Shown here: in pieces, positions 25,821-40,200 of the stretch | How positions within the stretch are numbered: the stretch's first letter is position 1 | How the letters are laid out: the number at the start of each line of letters is the position of its first letter | Assembly: GCF_026571515.1 (NCBI RefSeq) | Contig: NW_026855204.1 | Span: 248,001 to 312,000, forward strand | Source: Ruditapes philippinarum | Lineage: Eukaryota | Direction of reading: 5' to 3' | Length of the DNA: 64,000 nt | Program-made: the position numbers and the translations under genes | Notes under the pieces: model-generated | What the model saw: the letters and a program-made list of their open reading frames with translations, nothing else | The model's database searches: none | Told to the model about the DNA's origin: nothing

Positions 25821-28800
25821 TTATTTCCACACATTCACATTTGAAGCATGCCACCAAACCTTTGAATTATTAGGACACATGCCTGGCACACACACATAAT
25901 CATCTGGGTCGAATATAGTATTATCGGGACAGCTCTGGATGTGGTGGGCACCATTTTGACAGGAAGTATACAATGCGCATGTGCCGATACATTTATATCT
26001 TTTGCCATTTACACATTGGTTACATCCTTTTGAAAGCATACATCCGTTTCCAATATGGCATGCTAAAAATGAAATATGAATAATTAATAATATCCTATTT
26101 TCCTGATAAGTAGTAATAATTATCTACTTAAATTAATTTAGTTAGAATCAAGTTAAAGAAAAAACTCTCTGATCCGTTCCTGGAACCAACCAGTACAAAG
26201 CAGCGAGTGATTTTTGCCAAACGGAAAATTGACTTGTCCAGTAATGTTATGTCTAAAATAATTTCTGAGAACAAAACAAAAGACTTGAGCATTGCAATTT
26301 ATATTCTTCTTTTAAATTTACCATTTAATAACAGTACAAATTGCAATACGAGACACGAGCATTGATATTCTTGTATATACTTTTAGGCTAAAAAGCGTCA
26401 GAGAATCTTTTTATAGCATCGCATTTAGACAGTAAATTGTTCTATCAATATATTAATGTTACCTGTTGGATTTACATTGACAGGTCCATTCGATACAATT
26501 GGTTGTTTCGATACCTCTGGCTCTTCGATTTCATCAAAAGCAGCAGCACCTGGCCCTCGAGCAGCTTGTTGGGGTTGCATACCAAATGGCCACGATTCTT
26601 TAAAGTTACAATGGAACTGAATATATATACTGTCATCTTGCATTGTTGGACATATATCATTTTTGCCAAATTGCCAAAGGTGTGTCACAGCATCACCATA
26701 ATTGGTGCCGTAAAGCTTTGGAAATGATGAGGTCACCCTAAATGCGCCCGAACACCTCTGGAATCCTTGTGCACCAGCAAGTTTACAGAAAGGTTGACAT
26801 ATTCTTCCGCAAGAATCATAGGCATTCAAGAATACCTGCGATGCTCCAAACTGGGGAGATTTGACAGCTACGTATGCAGTTGCAACAGATATTGCAAGTC
26901 TATGATCGACGACAGCGTATTCCTTGTATGTACCCATGTAGTTCATGCCCTGTGAGCTGATATAAACTTTCCCTGCTCCGCTTTCTTGAGCTTGGCAATG
27001 GGAATATGAAGCAGGCTTTCCTTTTGGCATAACATTTTGCATGGTCCTGAAAGCGGTTGGTGAGTATATATCTTCAGCCTCCACTTCTCCATTGACAATT
27101 GGATATGAATCGTAACTGTTAAAGGTCGGTGGTCTTTGATAAATGACTTTGACCGGTATGTAAACCCATTGCTTGATATCACTTCTACCGTTCATATTAA
27201 AAGTATTTTGATAGCCTTGTGCCATTGGTATTACAGGGCACATGTCTGCAGGCATTACAGGTGGTGATATATATGGAGCATCAGTCGAGTTCTGAACATT
27301 GCTTGGCATATTCTGGTTTGTTTGAGGTAACATTTGAAACTGAATGTTTGAATTGATGTTCAGATTCCCTTTCATGAATTGGCTACCTCTAGGATCTGGT
27401 AAATACTTGAATGTATTTAACTTCAGTTGGCGTTTAAAACGACGCTGTATGGAACGACGTTGTACTTGTGTAGGTTCACTTGGATCGTCTAATCCAGCGT
27501 TTTCATTTTCTTTAGTTAAAGCTTGTTGTCTTCGCATTTCCGCCAATAATCTTTGTTGCTGACTCACTCTCATCTGGTTTTGAATGGTAACCTGTGCTTG
27601 CTGTGCACGTGCAGCGTTCATCATGCTAAGTCTTGCCACGGCTTGCATTCGCTGTTCTTGTACAACTTGGTTCATTAGCTGTTGCCTGATTGCTGAAACA
27701 CGTGGGGCGGCAGTCCTGGATTAAATACCGTGTACTTTATCAACAACATGCCGTAAAAAATAAAACGATGGACATAAATAAAACTTAAAGAAACAGCTCC
27801 ATGTCAATTAAGAATTAACAAAGCCCATTAAAAGGTGTATTTTATTTAATGTCGGTGCACATTTCCCGTACTTAAAAGGTCATAACACGATTTAAATATG
27901 TCTTACAACGGTTTAAATGAAAGTTATGTCTACAAGGTCCATCAATAGATTATTATATGTATAGTTAAACCTGTAAAATGTCCATGTCATGGATAGCAAA
28001 ATCTTAATAAATATAATGTTTGGATGGCTTAAATTTGGTTTTAAACCTTTAAAACTTACACCGGAGTATTGTTATCTAAAATGGAAAAAAAACAAATATA
28101 AAGTAATAGTATACCAATCTAATGATACACATCTTGACTGAAAACCGGCCACGACACATCTCAGGTATGGCGACCCACAATCCGGAAAATTCAATGAACA
28201 TCCAGGTGACGGTTCATACTGGTATATCATACTTGTGAACCGGTCATTAAACCCATCAATATTTCGTAATCCTGCCAGTCCCATGGGATACATTGCTGTA
28301 TGCATTGAGTTGTTTACAAAAACTGGATAGTCTGAGGTGGGATCTATACCAAATCTTCGTTGATTCTGTCTAAATAGTTCAAATATGTAATCCACGTATG
28401 AATGATGAAGCCAAAATATAGGATCATGCGCTGCAGTTTCTAGCGAACCCATTTGACCGTCAACCCATAAATGCACTTGATTATGCAAGAATTCTAAACT
28501 TGAATTTACGGCAGCGTTCGGCTCGGTTATTTGTACGAGTCTTATGCTAGACACAATCCGTGCCATATCATTAGCATGAAAGAGCGAGCCAGCTTGACCT
28601 ATATTTCTTATGAGAGGCCCTGATAGTGTTCTCCAGCCGGCAAATGGTCCAGTGTTTACCATTCCGAATCCATTACCAAAGAAAGAGTCTGTAAACAATA
28701 TTGACTGTGTCGGGTTGATCAAAGCTGAATCTAAAGTAGAATCCCAGTAAGGTATAGTGACTGAAGGGATTTTTGTCCGTAGGGCATTCTCAAACCTAAA

Positions 28801-31800
28801 AACAATATATATTTGAATGTCAAGTATTGAAAGGTAATTTAAAATGGGTCATGGCCTAGATGCGAACTTTCCAAGTTACTTATAATTATTTCGAACTATA
28901 ATGTAAAGTTACGTATTATTAAAACTTTTTACAATACATGTTGTATATGTAAGTGTGTTAACAGAATAAATTGCAATAACTATCTGTTCATTAAGTCATA
29001 CAAACTTAAGTCAGTGAAGCAATACCACGTGACCTTAACGTCATTTTCGACATTATTTCCAAGACAAATATTGCTCGATTCGAAAAAGAAAATAGCCGTT
29101 AGTATCTTATTTCTGACATGCATCAGTCTACCGAGAAAAATATAAGCTTGCCACAGAATATTGGATCTCCTTCAGTATATGAGCCGTTTTATCAAACACT
29201 TTGTATTACCATGAAAGTTGTTTGTGTAAGACCGGACTTCAGTTTATACGAAGTGTTTGATAAAAGGGCTCATATACTGAAGGAAATCCAATGTTCTGTG
29301 GCAAGCTTATAATTTTCCGCGTAGACTGGTGCATATCCCAAAGAAATTGGAACAGAAATAAAATACTAACGGACATTTTCTTTTTCGAATCGAGCAATAT
29401 TTGTCATGGTCACATGGTATTGCTACACTGTTAGTATTCCTTCTGGTTTCAACATATTATAAACAAGAGCTGTGACAGGAGACAGCGAAGCTCGACTTAT
29501 TAAATACTGGACGCAGTAAGGAAGACAAAACTATGAAAGAAAAATCAATAATGATATAAATATATTTCTTCTTATGACAATAAGTTATAGTTGTTAACAT
29601 AAATTCAAATAAAGTTCAAAGGGGAATTATTCTGGAAAAAGTCACACTAGAGTTACGGACATTGTCACACAACTTGATAAGAAATATATATTTGAAGAAG
29701 ATGCCTTAAAAAGTTAAGAAGTCATAATATTTTTTAAAGAACATTCTAAGTTCATAGGTAGATATAAATCTAAAAAATTTGCTTCAATAGTTATTAACCT
29801 TGTCACCTAAGATCTGGTTGATGATAAGAAATGTGTAGGTAGATACCTTTAAAACTAAAGAAGTTATAGTGAAAAATAACATTTTTATAGTAAAAAATCT
29901 AAGTTAATGGGGGAGATAATTCTTGGATTATTGGTGCAAGAGTTATGAACCTTGTCACATAAGATGTGGTTGATGATAAGAAACAAACATTTGAAGTTTA
30001 AAGTTGATACCTTAAAAAATGAAAAAGTAATAGTAAAAAAAAATATAGTTTAAGGAAAATTTTAGTTCAAGGGGAGATAAATCTAAAAATATTGGTGCAA
30101 GAGTTATAAACCTTATCACATTAGATGAATTTGATGATAAAAAACAGATATTTGAAGTTGAAGTTGATACCTTAAGAAATGAAAAAGTTATAGTGAAAAA
30201 TATTTTACTGCACCAAAACTTTAATCTGAAATCTGGACTCGAACGCGGACGCCGACGGCTGGGCGAGTACGACAGCTCTCCATATACTTCGTATAGTCGA
30301 GCTAAAAATTAATTTATTAAAACCTTTTTTGAAACCATTTTAGCTCGTCTGTTCCGAAGAAAAAGTCGGGCTATTATGATCGAATGGGCATTATTCTGAA
30401 AGCAATATTTTTGGAGTAATGCCCCTTTTTACTTTAGAATTTTAAACAGACGAGCGTTTAACCTACATGCGGTGCTCTGTTATGAAATTAGCAGCCCCAT
30501 TAATTTTTGTTATATTTTCAAAGATAGAAAAGAAAACTAGGAAAAATCAATAATGACAAGACGTAAACAATATTTTAAATCTTAGACACTTACATTAGAA
30601 GATATACTCTATGGAAACCAAGGAAATTAGGACCACCGTGTGCTGAATGAGTCATCATTCCCTGGTGAATAGCAGAGAGGGCGTCGTACATAGAGGGAGC
30701 CACCGACTGAAAGACAAACAGAAGTCATCTTAGATCATTATTTCGTAGTTTAAAATAAAAAAACAAGTATTTGTTGTTACTGTTAAGAAATATTACACAA
30801 TATGGAATATCTCAGCAAATTTCTGTTGTGACAATTGAGATATAGTTGCTATCCCTCGGTTAATAAGTATGATCATACTGGCAAAAAATGCACACTTTTA
30901 CTAAAACACTGACTAGCAGCTTCACTCATTATCCACAAAATGAAATAACTCTTTGTATACGCATAAAATAAAGGTTAAAATATTGATATGAAAATTTGTT
31001 GCTTCTTTCATCGTACCGTATCAGCCTTGAGTAACTGTATAGCTGTATGAAAGTTTGCGCGTTCCATATCGGTAAGACGCCGGTATTCTTTTCTGATTCT
31101 GAGATTTGGGGAAACCGCTTGGCGTACATGTCTGCGAGATGGTGGCTTTGGGAGAAGACTTTGTACCCAATTATATGCCTGTAAATAACATGAGATTAAA
31201 ATATCATATCAGTTAAGTTTGAACAAATGTTGCTAGCATGTACAGGTCATCTATTAGTTTAATATGGTTATAAAGTTTCTTATATTGATAGCTTGGTGTG
31301 ACAATGAAATGGTAGTACATAATTTTTAGTTTAAACTTTATGTATTCAATAAATTGTACATAAAATGACATTTTACAAACATTGCACAACAATGTAATTC
31401 AGACTGGATTGGAAAATAAGTAAAACAATACTTATATCAATTCCTCTCCAGTAAAAGTACTTTTCAATAAGATACAAAAGATACAAAAGATACAATAAAG
31501 ATACAAAAATGTTGCGGTTAGAGGTAAGCTCTGAATATACAGACTAATTGATTGTTGAATTACTATGAGTGTGGATAAACTTGGTCTTTCCGTACGATCA
31601 TATTTCTTTACATGTTGATCTTTAGTATTAAACTTCGATAAATTCAATCATATCTTTCCTTTCTTCCTTTTTTCTAGCATTTCACCATAATTTAATGTTT
31701 TTAAGAACATTAAGTTCGAAACGGTAGGCAAATATCAACTGAAGTTAAACGTTTTATTTTCTATACCAAGTTTATTTACTCTTTTGCATTTTTAAAGCTA

Positions 31801-33821
31801 GTTAAAAGATATCAACCGTCTTTAAAATACGTTCAATTAAGAAATAATTTGGGTTCTGGGTGCCATTTGTACATAGTTAAGAGACCCCGGACACTTCTAC
31901 AAGTTGGAAGAAGTTATACTTAATAAATGGTATTATATCGACACACACTTTTGAAATTGAAAATAAAATATATTAAGGCATTAACTATGAATTCTATAAA
32001 TATCACATGTTTATTCCTTTCACCTGAGTAACTATTAGAAGCAGCACAAATGAACACGTGAACTAGATGTGTGTAACATGTTTTTTTTCATGTTACAGAC
32101 TATGTCCGAATGTTTCGTCAAAGAAAGTGTGAAATATTTTTATCATGACACATTAAGTTAACAAGCATAACCTGACATGATTTCGTTGTTAAAATTTTAA
32201 AGAACAGTTACTTTTGGAAAGGTTCTGAAAATGTTTTGTTTTAAAAACGTGTAAAATACAGTGTCGTGAAATAAAAGAACAACCTTAGTCATATTAAAGG
32301 AACTCCACTGAGGTCCAAAATTCTAAAACCATAAAATTTGAATTTCCTATTTAGATCAGTTTGGACACTTTAAACAAAAATATATTGAAATGATCGTTAA
32401 GAAAAATACTCAGAAATAAATTGAAAATCGTATTTTGTGCTTTTTTGCCCGATTTGAATAAAAAACATTGCAACATTTTTCAATTTTGGGCCATTTTTCA
32501 CAATTAGAATTATTATTAATATTTTGGGGCTACGAAGTGAGCATCTGATCTGATATATTGCACACAAGTTATTGGTCTTGAACTACATCAAATGGAACAT
32601 TAATCTCAAAATTATTTCCAGTTCTTTCATGTAAAAAAAACAAAAACTCAGTGGAGTCCCTATAAAGCACTGCCCGTCTTCTTTAATAGTAGTGGCATTC
32701 TTTATTAACATTTCTATGCATTTAATACTTTGCAAATATTTGTGTTTCATTGAATTTAGAAAAATTTGTAACAAGCTATATAAAACATTTCTACATGTTA
32801 GTAATCATAGAGTAGCTTCGGCTAGCTCTGAACTGTAGAGGTATACCTATCCTTGTAGCATCTTGGTGTGCAAATGCCTTATATGGACACCCCTTCTAAA
32901 CGCTGGCTTTTTCACATTTTGTGATCTGATTAAATGAGAGCCCTCGACACTTCCGCCAAAGGGGAGGTAAGCACAATGATACAAGCAAGATTATGCGGGT
33001 CAACATGAACTTGATGGTTGAGAAATTTCTCAAGATATGTCTCCTCGTGTAAGAAAACACACAAGTTAATATTTTGAAAAAGTTATAGCAACGTCATTTT
33101 GGGGTATTTCATGATGAGAAAAACATTCTACGTGGCAAAGCATTCTTCGATTTTTGAAAAAAAAAAAGAAAAAGACAGGCATATTCTTAAAAAAAAGGAT
33201 ATTTTTAAAAACTGCGTTTACATTTTTCAGCGCTATTTTGGTCGAGGGCTCTATAACGAACGTGTCGAGGGCTGTCATTAAATGCGAGTCACCGTTTAGC
33301 AGGGGTGATGGAAGAAAATTGAACAATAAATCACTTTCAACTGTTTCACAATTTTTACTTCTAATGCACATTCAATTTGTCTTGTCAAAAGTAACTGCAG
33401 TTCAATAAGGTAGAAACAAGTACCCACATAATTATTTCATTTTTTACGAATAATTTTTCTGAGTTGTTTAAAATACAATATTATTCAACTCGGAGTATGT
33501 TCATTATTATTTTTATTATTTATTTATCATTATTAGTATTTTTATTTTTTGGAGGTGTGTGGGGGTCAATCGAGATTAATATAATGACATCAATACCTCT
33601 CTGGTTATATTGAAGCCGGGAAGTCCTTGTTCTCTTGAAGCTTGCCACATGTATTGTCCAAAACAGAACGAGGCAATGGACTCTCCGACGGTGTCAACTA
33701 CGTTTGTCTTCTGTGAATAGCGAGAGAAACAATCGAGCAGACCACCGGGTAGTGGAATATGTTCTATCATACCATTGCAGGTCCAACATAAAGCCAGCAG
33801 TGATAATATGACCAGTTTCAT
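25821..33821 (-). CDS. Tyrosinase-family protein B, secreted, ~891 aa, with Q/M/R-rich linker and C-terminal chitin-binding type-2-like module; 6 coding exons
   Basis: Exons (minus): 33821-33597 (signal MKLVILSLLALCWTCNG), 31178-31017 (RIRKEYR), 30706-30594 (CuA IH..SAHGGPNFLGFH), 28795-28115 (PYWDS, CuB EFLHNQVHLWV..DPIFWLHHSYVD), 27715-26463, 26062-25821 (CQNG..CPDNTIFDPDDYVC). All phases are consistent. Confidence 0.92.
29012..29430. mobile_element. MITE with CAGTG ends and ~80-bp imperfect inverted arms (hAT-like ends, TSD not clear)
   Basis: CAGTGAAGCAATACCACGTGACC..GACAAATATTGCTCGATTCGAAAAAGAAAAT versus its reverse complement at 29375-29430. Confidence 0.6.
29461..30310 (-). mobile_element. 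HINE-like element with 140-160-bp internal tandem repeats, in a tyrosinase B intron
   Basis: AAACAAGAGCTGT..GCTCGAC at one end, GACGCCGACG..GTCGAGCTAAAAA at the other; repeated AGAGTTATGAACCTTGTCAC cores. Confidence 0.7.
30339..30482 (+). mobile_element. Short, internally deleted HINE-like element
   Basis: TTTTAGCTCGTCTG..AAGTCGGGCTATT start; internal CAGACGAGC inverted repeat; GCGGTGCTCTGTT end. Confidence 0.5.
32294..32665. mobile_element. Kolobok-like MITE (TTAA-type target)
   Basis: TTAA|AGGAACTCCACTGAG ... CTCAGTGGAGTCCCT|ATAA terminal inverted repeats. Confidence 0.65.
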
Positions 33822-33849
33822 CTGTAAGAATCGTATGGTTTTGATAAAT

Positions 33850-34075
33850 ATATATATTCCCCATTTTTGTAAAAGGTTCTTATTCTCTCTTTTGTAAATG
33901 GTTCTTAAAAATTCATAAAGTCGTCATTTTTGTGAAAGGTTGCTATAAATTCACATATTCCTCATTATTTGTAATCCATATACTCTTCATTGTTGTAAAA
34001 AGTTTTATAAATTCATATATTCCTCAATATTGAAAAAAGGTTCTTATAAATTCATAAATTCCTCATTTTTGTAGA
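33850..34075 (+). repeat. ~36-bp minisatellite next to the tyrosinase B start exon
   Basis: Recurrent AAAGGTTCTTATAAATTCATATATTCCTCATTTTTG. Confidence 0.7.
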
Positions 34076-35902
34076 ATTTATCCTACTTATCATTGTGTCA
34101 TTATTTACGTGCTCCTTGGGATTTAAAAATTTCATATAACCATTTACCTACGCACAAGAAACAAGAGTAACTTTCAATCAGTTTCATTTTCAAAACACCT
34201 TTAAAATTTACTGCAAAGTTTTATTAACAACTGTAGTAACCAATATTTATATATAACTTGCTTTTAAATCAAATTACAATTTAACACAAATAACGTTTTA
34301 CTAATGAAAACTATTCAACAACATTCATGGATGTATCTAAAATATTTACCGTGACTTATAGAAGAGTGGCTATCCAACACCGACGTAGTTCCAAAGGACC
34401 TTACTATGCCACTGTGTCCGCCATTTTGTTTTCATAGAACACACAAATCGTCACGTCACTCGCTAAATCCAGATGGCGCCCATCAGTTGTTGCTGAAGAT
34501 GTTATTGTGGTGTCATATTTCTCACATTTAAAAGTATGAGTAGGTTCACAAGATTAAGGTTACCAAATTTCTTTATAGGAATATATAGATAATACATTTG
34601 TTTATTCAATAAAAGCAAGATTTTTATTTTTTATCGCGACAAAATAAGTTTTTTGTTACCATTTAGAAAGCATGTCCCATAAGGACAATGTGTGCCAATG
34701 AGACAATCATAAAGCAAGATTTATAAGGTAAAGTTTAAAATGTTGGCTAAACCAATTAAATTGTATCTTTTACTATGTAGAAATTAAAGTAAAATAATTC
34801 AAAAATATATTCATTGTATAAGAAAATAAATATTTTCAAATGCAGAACAAGAAATGAATCGGAATGATTCTCTTACAGTATCCATGAATTATCTTATTTA
34901 GGAATCAAATCTAAATGAATCTTTCCATAAAAGTGATTTTTTAAACGTAGTTGAAAATGAGGCACACACTAAACCATACTATATGAACGTAACTTTAACT
35001 TTTTTGGTCATTTTCAGTTTGTCGTACCTTCATTTTTGCTGTAAGAATCAAAAGCCATAGTCATTAAAAGTATGTTAACATGGTGTGAACAGGTCTTAGA
35101 CACGGTGAAGAGTACCATAAAAACCCCTTTAGATTCATTGAAAATAAGACTTGATGATGACAAAAATAATAAACTTTACACCTGAATAAAAGAAGATTAT
35201 GTATTATTATATATTTTCATGTTGGTTCAAAGCCGCACATTATTTTAACATTTAATTTTAACATTAGGAAGTGTTGGTTGTATAAAATACACGAAATAAT
35301 TTAGAAACTATGTCGGCTAAATTAAGTTCAGCATTTCTAGCTCGGCTTTGTTTCTATATAATATACTCTCGCCATTTCGCATTTGGTTTGTTCTATGTTC
35401 TTTTGTGTTTTTTGAATTCTTTCAATAATATTTCATTGGCATATGGTGTGCAGCTGTCGCCATATAGTTTTCAATAACGATGACTAATAGATTAAACTTG
35501 TAACCTGTGGCAATGCAACAATATAAGCCGGCACACCCGTGCCGTTTTATTAGTGTCTACACTATTTGCTATTCAGTCAGTATATACATGTATTTTCAAA
35601 TTTTCCTGAAAATTATAATGTTTTTTTTCTGTACTGAATGATGAACAATTCCATTTAAGATATGTTTAAGTTAAATATTTTATATTGCTTAAAACGGAAA
35701 AAGAAGAGAAAAAAAAAAGAAAAGAAAAACGTTCCAAGGTCTGTATTCGACAACATTTAAAATTTGGTTTTGAAGTTAAAAATTTTCAATAAATAAAATT
35801 CGCTTAAAATATAATTGACTAAACTTTGTACTATTTGCACATATAGCTAAGAATAGGGAAACTATACTAAAAAAAGGAACATATTGCGAAAAAATAAAAC
35901 CG

Positions 35903-36268
35903 TTAAAGCAGCATGCCTCCAGATTCATGCTAATTTTCACAAGCAATTTGAATTATAAAAAAAAATTGTCAAGTGAACAAAAAGGTACTTAACACATTAC
36001 AAACGGCATTTTCAATGCATGTAAATAACAAATAAAAAATATATATAAAAATTGTCAAAATATGCAAAACAGCCCTTACAACGTTAATCACGAAGTATAG
36101 AAAACGCTGAAAATAACTGCAAACTCATTCATTAATCGCACGTTACATGTAAATTATTACTTGAATCCCCTTACTTTTCTTAAGAATTGTTATCTTTTTC
36201 TCAAATTTGATTTTCTTGAAAATATTTCTTTAAATATTTTGGGCTCATCAGGGGGCATTCAGCTTTAA
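35903..36268. mobile_element. Kolobok-like MITE, family copy 1
   Basis: TTAA|AGCAGCATGCCTCCAGAT ... ATCAGGGGGCATTCAGCT|TTAA; body homologous to 38552-38890 and 40434-40760. Confidence 0.7.
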
Positions 36269-37259
36269 TATGCACTATTTATTTACTATTATTTGGGGCT
36301 AAATGTTACTTTAATAAGATATGCCAGTCTTTAAATTAGTAACTTAAGCATAGTGGTGAATTACATTCAATTCAGCTTGTCGGATCAATTGTAGTAGATA
36401 GCGTCTGAAAAAGAGAAATAAATTACATATTTGTGTTGGGTTTCCTTCTGGTAAGATGACGGACAAAAATTTAACTATGGCTCCTTCGTTCATTTACCAA
36501 CTTAAAACATTTATCCTATGTACATGATTTAAAACAAATTAATAACAAACATAATTTAGAAGTAAGATACATGTATCATTTTGTACCACAAAATGAGTTT
36601 GATTTACGCTTGTCAAAATAAATATGTAGGTCGGATATTGCTCATAACTTAAAACTGTAGAAAACTTGGAGTGAGCTTCATCAATCTAAGTCACGGGCGA
36701 CCGATGTAAATAACCCTGTCCTACCCCTAGCTGTCATCGATGATCGATCCCCTTATGAGACGCACCCGAGGGTCTTATGAACTTTACTGTTTTCTGCATA
36801 TATTATATGCTATAATAACATCTTAATTGAATTGCTTCTGACAGGTATCTGGTAGGGCCTTATTGATTTGTTTTTTCATTTTTAACATTCCTAGATGCGT
36901 AATCCTGTATTAGGGTCGGGTCTAATCGCCTGTTGCATATTTGAAATTTTACTACCGTCCGAGCAACTTCATTCACATTCGTTGAGAAAAAGTGTTTTCG
37001 AGAAAAGGACTTTTATTTTCTTCTAGTTTCGGAAATTTATCTTAAAATAAATGTAAGTTTAACTTTAATATAATATTTAACATTTGATACAATTACTTAC
37101 TTTGAAATTTCAATTGTTTCGAATTCGTATATATCTCACAAAAAGTAATATCATTTTCTAGTTGAAGACTGACAAAATATATATATGTACATGAATTCAT
37201 ACAAATAAAGATTTTACATATAATTTTAAATCTATTTACAGAATTAAAGAAGATATCAG

Positions 37260-40200
37260 ATGGGGATGCGAGACTTTGGGGCTGCGGGCCGATTTGGCCA
37301 ATGTTTTCTTATAGTTGTAAACATTTGGTTTGCTGTAAGTACAAATCCTTTTAAATTAGTTGAAAGTGGATTGGTCTACAATTGTCACAATTTTTATATA
37401 GTTTTTTTTTCTTTTAATATTGGCAAGAAAAACAGTATCTTTAAATGTATCATTTTGATATTCTTATAAATTGTATCTTGTAAAAATGTTGATAAATTCG
37501 GTGCGAGGTGGCGTGGACGGTAACTTGCACTTTCCAGTACCGTTCATGACCAGGCCCAATCAAACCGAGTCTGCAACATTTTCAATGTTGTCGTTTTGGG
37601 CGTTCTTTAGTGATTCCGTTTTCTCTATTTTAAGTGATTTAGAAGAAGAAAAGTATATGATTTTCTAGAACATAATCTTCTAAATAAATATATGTAGTAA
37701 TGGATTATATATCTCAAACATGCTAACAGCATTCATTAGTGTTATCAATATAATATCTTTTTTGTATTACATACCTTCCATTTATAGACCAATTCACTTT
37801 AATTAAAACTCTGTCGATCTGTGTTATATTGGCCAGATTTGTAATTAAAGAATTATTTGTAATATACTAGTACATTGCAGTTCTTATCTTATAGTGTGAT
37901 ATTGAACAGAACAGAACAGATATTTGTTAACACACTAATACATACATGTATGAACATTGTCTTGTTAACATTGTCACATGACAGGTGAAAAACATATCAG
38001 TTAACATCATTAATTTTTATAAAAATGTAAAAAAAAGAGGACAACTTTTTGTATAGGTTTACAAATACATGTGAATACTGGAAAGAGCTAATGATTGTGT
38101 CTTTTATGTTAAACATTCTAGTATATATTTTGATAACTTGATAAAACAATTTCACCATACGATGAAAGGAGATCAGAGATAGTTTTACATAGTAATACTT
38201 TTACAGTAATATGATGATCCGGAAGATATCTAGAGGCGCCGTTATGACGCTGAAACCTTTATTTTAGAAGCTTTTGAAAACTTTTACTTACATTTACAAA
38301 TCAAATATTTTGGTTCAGATGTATGTCCCATTGTGCAATTTTTATAGAAAATGATTTCATTATTTAATAAGTTTTGAATAATGTGGGATATAAATTGAAG
38401 TCGAAAGCATGAATAAGATACGCTCAATAAGAAAAATGTTCATGTGCGTAATTCACACGTTGTACTTTAAATTGACTCATTATAATAGTTGTTATTGTAT
38501 TTTGGTGATGTTGGTTTTCCTTATATTGTTTAGAAGGCTACATTTGAAATGAAAGCAGCATACCTGCAGATTCAGACTTATCTTAATCAAAATTTTGATT
38601 TTTTTTTAAAAAGTAAACTATTAAGAAGTGTACAAAGAGAGTAATTTACACATTGCAAACGGCACTTGCAAACCACGTACATTACCAAAAAGTGGTCTAA
38701 AATATACAAAAATAGCCCTTACAGCGTTAGTCATGCAGTAGAAATATGGCAACAGATGCTGCAAATTCAGTCATTCATAATAATCGCACATAACATGTAA
38801 ATCATTACTCGAGTCTTTTTTCTTAAATTCTTAGTACATTTCTCTAATGTTTGATTTTCTCGAATCATTTTGGCTCATCTGGAGCCTTTTGACATGACAC
38901 ATGTTTTGTATGATGCTATATTTTCATGTGTTACCTTCTTTAAATAATAATATCATTTCAAATTAAAATATTTATGGCTAATCCTTCTTATTCTGTAATA
39001 CAAAACTTATATCATGACAAATGAATTGTCCACATGCATCTCTATAGTTAAGAAGACACTAATTGAAGTATTTTGTTTATACCATTTGGAGTTTTAAATG
39101 TATCATTTTCCCTTTTGCTCAGAATCTTAAATATATATTCATACTTTAGTTTGAGTTTTCATTCGTTTAATCCCCTGATTCATTTTGTGTGTACAAACTG
39201 TCCTTTCCCTAGATATGTTTTGAATATGCATGTACCAATTTCTTTTTCACTCTGATTGATTATATATATACCAATTTCCCTTTTCCCTAGATTCATTTTG
39301 AATATACAAATCGCTGTTCTTCCTAAGATATATTTTATTTATACAAAAAGGCCTTTCCCTAGATTCATTTGTAAACACAAATCGCTGTTTTTCCTAAGAT
39401 TTTTTTTATTTATTCAATATTGCCTTTTTCCTAGATTCATTTTTGAATATAGCAATTGCTGTTTTTCTAATATGCATTTATTTTATACAAACTGTCCTTT
39501 TTTCCTAGATTCATTTTGAATGCAGAAATTGTTTTGTTTTTTTTCCTTCAGATTTTAGGTATAGGGATGATCGTGCTAGGTGTGGTCGTGCGTTCAAACC
39601 GCGGAGTTGCCGACAACAGAATTATACAGATGCTCCGACAGGGAACCTTAGGTGGTCTTAACCTCGGTGATATTATCGTGGCATTGTCGGCAATCATAAT
39701 CGTCGTCGGTGTATTTACCCTATTGGTGTCGGCCGACGGTGGTTTTGGTGCCTGCTTTAGAAAGAAAGGACTTCTAGTTGTGGTATTTAACTTTGTTTAG
39801 AAGATCTTTAAGCAAATGTTAAATCAATCGATCTGTAAGGCAATAATGTTAAATTCATCCATGACCGATTTAGGCATTCTTAAAATGTGGTCAGAAAAAA
39901 AAAATAAAAAGAAAAGTATTTTATTTTAAGAAACAAGTCGATGTTTTCATTTGTAAACAAAAATGAAATTAAAGTTGCACAGTGGAATCCTGTAGATGCG
40001 CAGCAATTATACATTAGTACAGTAACGAGTTAGGTCCTATTTAAAAGTAATAGCTACTGCACTTAGATGACGATATATAAATGATATTTTATAAAAAAAA
40101 AATATATACATTCACCATGAATAAGCAGTTTACGAATATGGTCTTCCAACGGTCTATATAGCATAAGGACCATTTTATTACAGCAATATATTAGTATTTC

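Noticed and set aside
26437-27562. Several short ORFs overlapping tyrosinase B
   Set aside because: Alternative-frame or antisense shadows of the real exon.
39073-39519. Hydrophobic 60-aa and 87-aa ORFs
   Set aside because: Translation of a T-rich minisatellite.
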